Shown here: positions 1 to 7,721 of the stretch, piece by piece
How positions within the stretch are numbered: position 1 is the first letter of the stretch
How the letters are laid out: each line of letters begins with the position of its first letter
Source: an uncultured Oscillospiraceae bacterium
Lineage (GTDB): Bacteria > Bacillota > Clostridia > Oscillospirales > Oscillospiraceae
DNA: 64,000 nucleotides
Reading direction: 5' to 3'
Assembly: GCA_947632175.1 (NCBI GenBank)
Contig: CANROC010000014.1
Span: 25,918-89,917, forward strand
Translations under genes and position numbers: made by a program
Notes under the pieces: generated by a model
Told to the model about the DNA's origin: nothing
Seen by the model: only the letters and a program-made list of their open reading frames with translations
The model's database searches: none

Positions 1-2
1 CC

Positions 3-740
3 TGGTTTAAGCGCGCCTTTGAGGGCGGCATGTGGCTGGCGGGGAACAACCTGCGCAACTTCTACTTAGAGGGCGAGAAAAATCTGATCCCGCCCCGCCC
101 GGAGCTGGCGGAGGGGATCTTTGAACACGGGGCGGAACTCGGCTACCCGGTTCACCAGCGCTTCCTGGCCGAGCGCCTGGATAAGGCCGGAGATCACGAC
201 GGGGCCTTCCAGTGGTATAAAGCCTCCGCCGAGGGCGGCGAGGTGGTCTCCATGTTCCATCTTGCCAAATATTACGAGCTGGGACAGGGCACGGAAAAGG
301 ACATCCGCAAGGCCGTGGGGTGGTACGAGAAGTACCTGGAGGACGGCATGAACACCGCCGGCTGCAACCGCCTGGGCCGCATCCTCTACGAGGGGACCGG
401 CGGGGTCGAGCCGGACTACGGCAGGGCCTTCCAGCTTTTGAGCTTCGCCTGGAACGACGGCAACACCTGGGGCGCGGACTGCCTGGGCCAGATGTACTTC
501 TACGGCCGGGGTGTCGGGCAGGATTACGTCAAGGCCCGTGAGGTACTTGAGAAGGCAAACGCCGCCAGCCGGGAGGTCCAATACTGCCTCGGCTGTATCT
601 ACGCCGAGGGCCTTGGCACGGCGGAGGACCTCCCAAAGGGCGTGGCCCTGCTCCAAAAGACCGGCGACTACCCCCCGGCGAAGGAGGAGCTCCTGAAATT
701 CAAAAAAACGCTCCTGGGCAAGTGGGTGCGGAGGAAATAG
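3..740 (+). CDS. Sel1-like (TPR-family) repeat protein, 5' end cut by window edge
   Basis: The frame is open from base 3 (WFKRAFEGG...). Units of the form A..WY.KAA..G...A...LG..Y..G.G...D..KA repeat through the protein. Stop at 740. Confidence 0.75.
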   Translation, partial: WFKRAFEGGMWLAGNNLRNFYLEGEKNLIPPRPELAEGIFEHGAELGYPVHQRFLAERLDKAGDHDGAFQWYKASAEGGEVVSMFHLAKYYELGQGTEKDIRKAVGWYEKYLEDGMNTAGCNRLGRILYEGTGGVEPDYGRAFQLLSFAWNDGNTWGADCLGQMYFYGRGVGQDYVKAREVLEKANAASREVQYCLGCIYAEGLGTAEDLPKGVALLQKTGDYPPAKEELLKFKKTLLGKWVRRK

Positions 741-774
741 GGGAGGAAAAGGAAAATGAGCTCAATGCCATTCA

Positions 775-1285
775 AATAAGCAAAATCCAACCCCCTCCAC
801 ACGGGCGGGAACCCGCCCCTACCAAAAAAGTTTTGCGCTGCTTTGCGGCGCAATTTTTATAAAGGCGGCGCGTAGCGCCGCAACCTTATTCCCCCGACCC
901 CTTTTTCGGAAAAAGGGGTGCCGCCGCGGCGGCGGGGTATTCGAGCCCGTGTAGCGTAACGGACGCTTCCGGGAAGCGCATTTCGGAACCACCCCGGCGC
1001 TTCGCGCCACCCCGACCTGGGAGGGGCAAAATGGGTTGCGATGACAGAACGGTTCGGTTATATCGAATCCGCCCTATTTACACCGTAGGGGCGGACCCAT
1101 GTGTCCGCCCGTGCCCACGTTTCGTGACGGGAACGGTTCCGATAAAACGCCACCCGCCCCCGACACGTCAGCCCCTCCAAGGTCGTGGACAGCCGCCAAG
1201 CGGCAGGGGTGGTTCCGCGGCGACCCTTCCGGCGCTTCGCGCCACCTCCCCCACGGGGGGTAAAGGGCGGGTTTGGAACCCGCCC
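775..1285. repeat. cluster of GC-rich palindromic intergenic units (REP/MITE-like family)
   Basis: Contains hairpin units such as gtaggggcggacccatgtgtccgccc, gggcgggtttggaacccgccc and ttgcgccgc..gcggcgcaa. The same units recur at about 22.3, 30.0, 34.0, 36.6, 40.0, 45.4-46.9 and 59.5-60.4 kb. The only ORFs here are shadow ORFs. Confidence 0.6.
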
Positions 1286-2179
1286 CTACTCTGCTTGCGG
1301 TGCTTCCCCCTCGGGCTCCGCCAACGCCGCCGGGTGGAGCTTTTCCCGCTCCTCGCGGGAGAAGCGGTTGATGTACGCGCCCACGAGGAGGATGAAGAGG
1401 CAGTAGTACATCCACAGCAGGGCCACGATGACCGCGCCCAGGATGCCGTAGACGCCGAAGCGGTCGGAATAATCGAGATAGATGGAGAACCCCCAGGAGA
1501 AGACGAGCCACGCAAGCGTGGCGAACAGCGCCCCGGGCCACTGGCGGCGCAGGGAGCGCTTGCCGGTGGGCATCCACTTATAGAAGACCAGGAAGACGAA
1601 ATAGAGGAAGAGCATCATGAAAGGATAGCGGATGACCTTCACCACGCCCAGCAGGATCGTCTCCGCCAGGGTGCCGTCCAGGCTCCGGCTGATGAGGTTC
1701 AAGATCATGCCGCCGTAGACCAGGGCGCAGAGGGTCAACAGCACCGCCGCCAGGGCGATGACCATGAAGAAGCACGCCCGGAGGCGGAAGAGCAGGAAGT
1801 TTTCCCGCCGCTTCAGGTCGTAGGCCGCGTCCATGCCCCGCATCAGCGCCTGCATGGACAGCCCCGCCGTCCAGACCGTCGCCACCGCCGTGATGGACAG
1901 GGTCGTCACGGAGCTGTCGTAGATGCTGGTGATGACGCTCTCCAGAAAGGCGTAGACCTCGCCGGGGGCCACGCGGGAGATGTAGCGCAGCAACGCCTCC
2001 TCCGTCAGGGGCGTGTAGGGCAGGAGGGAGCACACAAGGCCCAGGATCGGCGCCAGCGACAGGAACAGGTAGAAGGTCGCCGCCGCCGCGAAGGTCCAGA
2101 TCTGCCGCCGGCCGATGCCGTCCAGAAAATCCACGACAACGGTGACGGCCCGCTTGAGCTTTTTCATCGAATGGTTCAT
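1286..2179 (-). CDS. YihY/BrkB family integral membrane protein
   Basis: 297 aa and multi-TM. The N-terminal ...FAAAATFYLFLSLAPIL... and the C-terminal ILLVGAYIN are typical of the YihY/virulence factor BrkB family. The start could instead be Met5 (2167). Confidence 0.85.
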   Translation of the reverse strand: MNHSMKKLKRAVTVVVDFLDGIGRRQIWTFAAAATFYLFLSLAPILGLVCSLLPYTPLTEEALLRYISRVAPGEVYAFLESVITSIYDSSVTTLSITAVATVWTAGLSMQALMRGMDAAYDLKRRENFLLFRLRACFFMVIALAAVLLTLCALVYGGMILNLISRSLDGTLAETILLGVVKVIRYPFMMLFLYFVFLVFYKWMPTGKRSLRRQWPGALFATLAWLVFSWGFSIYLDYSDRFGVYGILGAVIVALLWMYYCLFILLVGAYINRFSREEREKLHPAALAEPEGEAPQAE

Positions 2180-2209
2180 CCTTTCGTCCCGAGGGACGGA
2201 GTATTGGGA

Positions 2210-3505
2210 TCACCCGCAAAATTCCGCCACGGCGGCGGCGTACATCTGGCCGGCCAGCATAAGCTGGGCGACCTCCACGCGCTCGTCGGGCTCGTGCATC
2301 CGCACGTCCGCGCCGGGGAACTCCGCGCCGAAAGCCACGCCGCCGTCGATCTCATGGACGTAGGTGCCGCCGCCCATGGAAAACGCCTGGCCCGGCTCGC
2401 CGGTGTAGTCCTCGTAGATCCTGAGAAGCCCCCGGACGAAGTCCGAGTCCGCCGGCGTGTGGTGGGGCCTGGAGAGGGAGAGGATTTGGAGCTCCACGCC
2501 CTCCAGCGCGCGGGCGAACCCGTCCGCGATGGCGTTCCCGTCGCCGCAGACGGGGATGCGGCAGTCCACGTCGGCCCGCAGGCCGGTCTCATCGACCTTC
2601 AAAACCCCCAGATTCACCGTCAGCTCCCCGGAGAGCTCATCCCGGCAGGTGACGCCCACGGCGGACCCGTTCACGTCCCCGTGGGGGAACGCCCTTTGCA
2701 GGGCGCGGAAGACGTCGAAGCCCGGTCCCGGCAGGGCGGCGAGCTTTTCGATCATCCGCGTGGCGGCGTTGTCGCCCTCCTGGGGCAGGCTCCCGTGGGC
2801 GGCGCGGCCCACCGTCTCCAGGCGCGTGCCGTCGGACAGCACCGCCTCGCACCGGGCGGGGACGGCGTTGGGCACGGACCCGCCGGTGAGGCTCACCACG
2901 TGCAGCTCTTCGCCATCATACGCCGGGGCCGTCAGCGTGAAGTGCATCCGGCCCTTTTCCGTATTCGCCACGGGGAAGGACCCGTCCGGCGTGAACACCT
3001 TGCCCGGGACGGGGTAATGCTCCAGATACCACGCAAGATCCGAGGACCCGCACTCCTCGTCGGACCCCAGCAAAAGCTGGACCTTTCGCTTCAAAAGCCC
3101 CAGCTCCCGGGCGCACAAGATCGCCCACAGGGACACCACCGCCGGCCCCTTGTCGTCAATGACGCCTCGGCCGTAGATCCGCCCGTCCAGCTCCCGCATC
3201 TCATAGGGCGCGGTGACGGTCCACTCCCCCGCCGGGGGCACCACGTCCAGATGCGCCAGCAGCGCCAGCTCCGCCTCGCCCTCGCCGGCCTCGATGACCA
3301 GCATCCGGTCGCCGCGAATCTCGCCGGAAAGCCCGTGCTCACGGGCGATGGCCAGCGCCTCGTCCAGCGCCCGCCTGGGCCCCGGCCCGAAGGGCGCGCC
3401 GGGGGCGCTCTCCCCCCGGACGCTGTCCACCGCCACGAGCCGCCGGATATCCGCCAGAATCGCGGCGCGGTTCCTCTCAAAAAACTCCACGATACGCTGT
3501 TCCAT
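2210..3505 (-). CDS. M20 family metallo-dipeptidase (PepV/Sapep-like)
   Basis: Motifs LAHLDVVP, GRGVIDDKGP and SDEECGS are present. Start placed at ATG 3505 (MEQRIVEFFE...), preceded by GGAGGGG; the longer ORF to 3652 lacks an RBS. Confidence 0.85.
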   Translation of the reverse strand: MEQRIVEFFERNRAAILADIRRLVAVDSVRGESAPGAPFGPGPRRALDEALAIAREHGLSGEIRGDRMLVIEAGEGEAELALLAHLDVVPPAGEWTVTAPYEMRELDGRIYGRGVIDDKGPAVVSLWAILCARELGLLKRKVQLLLGSDEECGSSDLAWYLEHYPVPGKVFTPDGSFPVANTEKGRMHFTLTAPAYDGEELHVVSLTGGSVPNAVPARCEAVLSDGTRLETVGRAAHGSLPQEGDNAATRMIEKLAALPGPGFDVFRALQRAFPHGDVNGSAVGVTCRDELSGELTVNLGVLKVDETGLRADVDCRIPVCGDGNAIADGFARALEGVELQILSLSRPHHTPADSDFVRGLLRIYEDYTGEPGQAFSMGGGTYVHEIDGGVAFGAEFPGADVRMHEPDERVEVAQLMLAGQMYAAAVAEFCG

Positions 3506-3589
3506 AGTTCCCCTCCGCTGGCAAAATTTCTTTCCGACCCCATTATACCACACCCTTTTCCCCTCCGCAACCCACTTCCAGAACTTGTC

Positions 3590-3611
3590 TAAGACACGCG
3601 TAAGACACAAA
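3590..3611 (+). promoter_or_regulatory. tandem TAAGACAC motif, copy S1 (candidate recombinase arm-type or regulator site)
   Basis: taagacacGCgtaagacacaaa. It matches the 24-25 nt cores at 6362-6386 (opposite strand) and 7584-7608 with 3 mismatches. Confidence 0.4.
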
Positions 3612-3711
3612 CGCCGAAAAAATCCGCCGCCAAGTGTTCCGATTTCCGCCAAATCAAGCCTAAAATATGCCCTTTTCCCGCCTCAAAAGTTCTCCCTCCC
3701 CTCCCCCGCCG

Positions 3712-3816
3712 TTTTATTAAGGAGGAAACACTACATGAAGACTCTGAAAAAGACCCTGTGCTTGGTCTTGGCGGTAGTCATGGTAGTCGGCGTGCTGATC
3801 TTACCTGCCAGCGCGG
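3712..3816. repeat. IR-L, left arm of a perfect 105-bp inverted repeat
   Basis: Base-by-base reading shows 3712-3816 is the exact reverse complement of 10265-10369. It covers AAGGAGG, the ATG (3735) and codons 1-27 (MKTLKKTLCLVLAVVMVVGVLILPASA). Identity stops abruptly on both sides. Confidence 0.95.
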
Positions 3817-6236
3817 TCGATGCTACTGCCACGGTCGAGTACGACGAAGAGGCCGCCAACTTGCTCCAGGGCATGGGCATTCTCCTGGGCGACGAGGACG
3901 GCGTAAGCCCCGAGAAGGCGGTCACCCGCGCTCAGGCTGCCACGTTCATGGCCCGTCTGGTCGCGACCCCGGCGTTTATGGAGACCTTCTCCAGCACCAG
4001 CACTCCCTTTACGGACTGCGGCGGCGTGGCATGGGCTGTTCCGTCCATCGCTTACTGCTTTGCCCAGCACATTCTCCAAGGCACCGACAAGGGCTTTGAG
4101 CCCGATCGCGGCGTGACCGGACATGAGATGGCCAAGATGCTTCTGTGCGCCATGGGCTACGACGCGGAGAAGGAAGGCTTCATCGGCGTCACCTTTGAGA
4201 CCAACGTCGAGATCCTGGCCAACAAGACCGGCGTCAGCAAGGGCATCAAGAACCTGAAGGCTCCCCTCATTCGCGCTGACGTGATCACTATGATCAACAA
4301 TGCGCTGAATGCCAAAATGGTTTGGTACGGTGAAAACGGTAAGGCCCAGGAATACGAAGATCAAAGGACCCTTTACACCGAGACTTATAAGGGCCAGGTC
4401 CTTTACGGCGTTGTTGTAGGCAACCAGGCTACCGGCCTTAAGGGAACCAATCTTAAGAAGATTAAAAACGCAATCACCGATGATATTCTTTCTTTCGAAG
4501 ACAACCCTGTCCTCTACAACATTGAGACTGGCCTCGACATGATCGGCCACGTTCTCAAGGTCTACTACGCGGACGCTGAGACCGTTTACCTTTCCGAGGA
4601 CGCCTCTGAGCTGAAGACCGTCAAGGATGTTGCTACTGCCGATATTGAAGCCAAGATTGGCAAGAACATGCAGAAGGGCTATGTGATTAACGATTACAAC
4701 CCTGTCATGAAGAGCGGCGGCGAATGGACAGTTGATGGTACCGGCAGCTACATCGTATTCAACGGTAAGGTTGTTGCTAAGTTTGGCACCACCTCTTACA
4801 CCCTGACCAAGGTCACCGATATCGATGCCACCAAGGGAACCGTGACCCTCGATAGTACTGGCCTTACCCTTGCTGAAGGTGAAACTCTTGCTGCGCTCAG
4901 CAACAATGCCACCAAGGACATTGTTGATGAGTACGAGGGCATGAAAGAGGAAGATGTCGTCGCCTACTACAAGACCGGTACTGTCTATCACATCCTGCCT
5001 GTCCAGAAGGTCAGCGGCAAGCTCGAAGGAATCGGCGCTACGACCCTGAGCATCGGCGGCAAGGCTTACCAGCAGGCTGGCGCAGCAGTGAAGTCCTATA
5101 AGGATGCGGACAAGACCACCTCCCTCAGAACAACCGCTAACTTCACCGACTCCTATGACCTTTACATTGTTCCTGACGGAAGCAACAGCTACTACTTCGT
5201 TGCTACGCTTACGCCCGGCGCTACTGAGCCCACCCCCGCAGATGACATTGTGTACGCGGTAGCCAAGTATGCGATTACTGGTGCCGTTGATGCCTATGGC
5301 AAACCGGGTGCGACCAAGTACTATGTCCAGGCTCTTGAGCTGAATGGCGATATTCGTATTATTGAGGTTGCCAAAGCGACTTACGACGGGTTCACAGATG
5401 GGGATGGTAAGATCATGGCACTTAAGAAAGTCGTTCCCGCTGCCAGCGCGACTACTTATCCCACTTTCGAAGATCTCACAAGCAAGTGCTATAATGCAAA
5501 CGGTCCTCTTGCAGCTACTGCCATTAAGTTTAATACCAACCACTACTTCACCAGCGATGTTAAGTTTATCTATGTCAATGGCGTTCTTGGTGATTTGAAT
5601 CCTGAAATTAAAACTGGCGTTCAGGCTATTAAAGAGAACGTACCAATGGAGTACGTTGCTATCCAAGTCGGCGATACACAAAACTACACCGTCAGCGTCG
5701 TGTTCGTTGAGAAATCTTCCAAAGACGCTGCAGCTACGCCCGAACCTCCTAAAACCGTTTACAAAGAGGTCGTGTTTGCTAACGAGGCTGGCGACTCCAC
5801 CACTCAGGCTCCTTACGCCGCTTCTGCTGATACCACAGGGTCTGGTTATGTCCACACCGTTTACATTGACGGCGTGAAGACCGAAATCCTCACTGCTGAT
5901 AAGACTAAGTTGACTGGCTTCTACACGATCAGCGATAAGGTTGACCGGCTCTATACCCTTGCTAGAGCCACTGAGCAAGAGAATCTGATTGGTGGTTCGA
6001 CTGGTTACAAGGTCGAAAACATGTATAGCGGCTTGATCACTCTTGCGTCTGGCAGCAATGTCACTGACGTTCCTGTGACTGGCGCTACCGTGGTGAATCT
6101 GACAGATAAGACTGTTCCCACGAATCCTGCTGAGCTGAACGAGAAAGATACGGTCTGCATGGTTGTGACCATTGATGCGACCACCGAAGCTATCACTGGT
6201 ATTGTTACCATCTACGTGATTGCTTCCGAGCGGTAA
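3735..6236 (+). CDS. SLH-domain cell-surface (S-layer-like) protein, variant A
   Basis: 833 aa. It has a signal peptide, then N-terminal SLH-like repeats (...AVTRAQAATFMARL..., ...GFEPDRGVTGHEMAKMLLCAMGY...), then a long Thr/Val/Lys-rich beta-type region. RBS AAGGAGG. Visibly more AT-rich than its neighbours. Confidence 0.85.
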   Translation: MKTLKKTLCLVLAVVMVVGVLILPASAVDATATVEYDEEAANLLQGMGILLGDEDGVSPEKAVTRAQAATFMARLVATPAFMETFSSTSTPFTDCGGVAWAVPSIAYCFAQHILQGTDKGFEPDRGVTGHEMAKMLLCAMGYDAEKEGFIGVTFETNVEILANKTGVSKGIKNLKAPLIRADVITMINNALNAKMVWYGENGKAQEYEDQRTLYTETYKGQVLYGVVVGNQATGLKGTNLKKIKNAITDDILSFEDNPVLYNIETGLDMIGHVLKVYYADAETVYLSEDASELKTVKDVATADIEAKIGKNMQKGYVINDYNPVMKSGGEWTVDGTGSYIVFNGKVVAKFGTTSYTLTKVTDIDATKGTVTLDSTGLTLAEGETLAALSNNATKDIVDEYEGMKEEDVVAYYKTGTVYHILPVQKVSGKLEGIGATTLSIGGKAYQQAGAAVKSYKDADKTTSLRTTANFTDSYDLYIVPDGSNSYYFVATLTPGATEPTPADDIVYAVAKYAITGAVDAYGKPGATKYYVQALELNGDIRIIEVAKATYDGFTDGDGKIMALKKVVPAASATTYPTFEDLTSKCYNANGPLAATAIKFNTNHYFTSDVKFIYVNGVLGDLNPEIKTGVQAIKENVPMEYVAIQVGDTQNYTVSVVFVEKSSKDAAATPEPPKTVYKEVVFANEAGDSTTQAPYAASADTTGSGYVHTVYIDGVKTEILTADKTKLTGFYTISDKVDRLYTLARATEQENLIGGSTGYKVENMYSGLITLASGSNVTDVPVTGATVVNLTDKTVPTNPAELNEKDTVCMVVTIDATTEAITGIVTIYVIASER

Positions 6237-6272
6237 AGCATTCAGCCCATCATTACCCCCTAACACGCACCT

Positions 6273-6301
6273 CCGGCCCCCGGGTTCATCCCGGGGGCCG
6301 G
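6273..6301 (+). terminator. intrinsic terminator of SLH variant A
   Basis: ccggcccccggg-ttcatc-ccgggggccgg followed by atttttgccttttt. Confidence 0.8.
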
Positions 6302-6361
6302 ATTTTTGCCTTTTTGGTGTGTTTCCACGTGGAAACACAGCTCGCGTCGGAACCTGTCGAA

Positions 6362-6386
6362 ATTTGTGTCTTACGTGTGTCTTACC
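6362..6386 (-). promoter_or_regulatory. tandem TAAGACAC motif, copy S2
   Basis: The reverse complement reads ggtaagacacacgtaagacacaaat, identical to 7584-7608. It abuts the recombinase stop codon. Confidence 0.4.
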
Positions 6387-6391
6387 GTTTT

Positions 6392-7477
6392 TCAACCCAC
6401 GGCGTAGGCGACCTTGTCTATCTCGCGGAGGAGCTCCGGGAGGTCCTTGTGGGTGTAGCGGTCGGTGACGTCGCGCTGGGAGTGGCCGACGATGAAGCGG
6501 AGGGCGCCGGGGCGGACGCCGGCGGTGTCCAGGGCGGAGACAAAGGTGTGGCGCGTGTCGTGGGGCGTGTGGGGGAAGCCCAGGGCGGCGGTGACCCGGT
6601 CGAACCAGCCGTATTTGTAGCTGGCGTAGGTCATGGGCTCCCCGTCGCGGTCGGTGAGGAGCGACTGCTCCCCGGCGCGGGCGAGCAGCGCGGCCATGAC
6701 GGGGACGATCTCCCGGTGGAGGGGGACGCGCCGGCGGGCGGCGCGGGTCTTGGTGCCCCGGAGGTTGATGCACCGGCGGTCCATGTCCACGTCCTCCCGC
6801 CGCAGGGTCAGCAGCTCCCCGACCCGCAGGCCGGTGTAGAGCAGCAGGAGCACCGACCCCAGAAGCCCCAGCCCCCGGAAGCGCGGCGCCTCCCCCGGCA
6901 CCTCCGCCCCGGACCGCCACAGCCGCCAGAGGGCGTCGATCTCCTCCGGCGTGAAGACCCGCCGGGGCGTGTCGGAGGCCTCGGCGGTGAGCTCCACGAA
7001 CTGGCTCCAGTCCCGGTCCACGATGTTGCGCCCCATGCCCCAGCGGTAGATCATGTGCATGAGCGACCGGACCTTGGACTGGTACCCCCGGCTGCGGTCC
7101 ATGCGGTTGATGACGTTCTGGAGCTGCGTCACCCGCAGGTCCCGCAGGGGCACGTCCCAGATGGACCGGCAGAAGACCATGGCGCAGCTCATGACCTTGC
7201 CGGTGGATGGGAATTTGAGGTAGTAGTCCGGGCTCCACTGTAAGTAGGCCTCCCGGAAGGTCACGCGGCGCGCGTCGGTGTCGTAGGGCGAGCGGTTATA
7301 CTGCGCCAGGGCCATCATGGCCTCCGACCGCGTGGCGTAGTAGCCGATGGTTGCGAAGCTCTGGAGCGGCCTTTGCCCCTCGCGCTCCGACCACCCCACC
7401 GTCACCCGCGCCCGATAGGGCCGCCGCCGCGCCCCCGGCAGCTTCGTCACGCCGCCGTACCCGTTTGGATTTTTCAT
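6392..7477 (-). CDS. tyrosine-type site-specific recombinase/integrase with N-terminal arm-binding-type domain
   Basis: Catalytic signature is intact: ..YTGLRVGEL.., HTPHDTRHTF (HxxR), GHSQRDVTDRYTH (Tyr). The N-terminus (GGVTKLPGARRRPYRARVTVGW...IGYYATRSEA) resembles the integrase Arm DNA-binding fold. Start is ATG 7477 after GGGAGG; the track start at 7483 is a TTG. Confidence 0.9.
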   Translation of the reverse strand: MKNPNGYGGVTKLPGARRRPYRARVTVGWSEREGQRPLQSFATIGYYATRSEAMMALAQYNRSPYDTDARRVTFREAYLQWSPDYYLKFPSTGKVMSCAMVFCRSIWDVPLRDLRVTQLQNVINRMDRSRGYQSKVRSLMHMIYRWGMGRNIVDRDWSQFVELTAEASDTPRRVFTPEEIDALWRLWRSGAEVPGEAPRFRGLGLLGSVLLLLYTGLRVGELLTLRREDVDMDRRCINLRGTKTRAARRRVPLHREIVPVMAALLARAGEQSLLTDRDGEPMTYASYKYGWFDRVTAALGFPHTPHDTRHTFVSALDTAGVRPGALRFIVGHSQRDVTDRYTHKDLPELLREIDKVAYAVG

Positions 7478-7583
7478 GGTCAAACCTCCCTAATAAAGAT
7501 GTAAGGAGATTATCCCACTTTTCCCCCGCCGATAGTATCCCCAATCGCGGAAGTTTTAGTCTGGAAGAGTGTGGTTTTTTCGG

Positions 7584-7608
7584 GGTAAGACACACGTAAG
7601 ACACAAAT
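7584..7608 (+). promoter_or_regulatory. tandem TAAGACAC motif, copy S3
   Basis: ggtaagacacacgtaagacacaaat, about 100 bp upstream of the recombinase start. Confidence 0.4.
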
Positions 7609-7668
7609 ACCGACAACCTCCGGCGCTGTCCCGGTTGCCGCGTGGAAACACATATGAACACAAAAAAT

Positions 7669-7698
7669 CCGGCCCCCGGGGATGAACCCGGGGGCCGG
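7669..7698 (-). terminator. intrinsic terminator of SLH variant B
   Basis: Inverted copy of the hairpin at 6273-6301, with the loop also inverted. It is followed on the minus strand by atttttt. Confidence 0.8.
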
Positions 7699-7721
7699 AA
7701 TGGGTGTTGCTGGATTATTGG

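Noticed and set aside
1031-3592. 853-aa ORF on the plus strand. Similar giant ORFs occur at 3801-7238(-), 7704-10280(+), 36597-39626(-), 56090-58210(-), 48770-50779(+) and 51772-53709(+).
   Set aside because: All lie antisense to, or out of frame with, genes that have clear homology. Their translations are low-complexity and Arg/Gly/Pro/Ala-rich, with no motifs or RBS. These are typical shadow ORFs of high-GC DNA.
3506-3711. Promoter for SLH variant A on the left flank (TTCCGA-18-TAAAAT at about 3637-3666).
   Set aside because: The -35 matches only 3/6 and the spacing is off-optimal. It cannot be excluded as a weak promoter and is mentioned in the switch model, but it is not annotated as a feature.
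6392-7477. Integrase as a marker of a prophage or ICE.
   Set aside because: No phage or conjugation genes flank it, and no direct-repeat att sites are present. It sits between two inverted repeats and two paralogous surface-protein genes, which fits an invertase role better.
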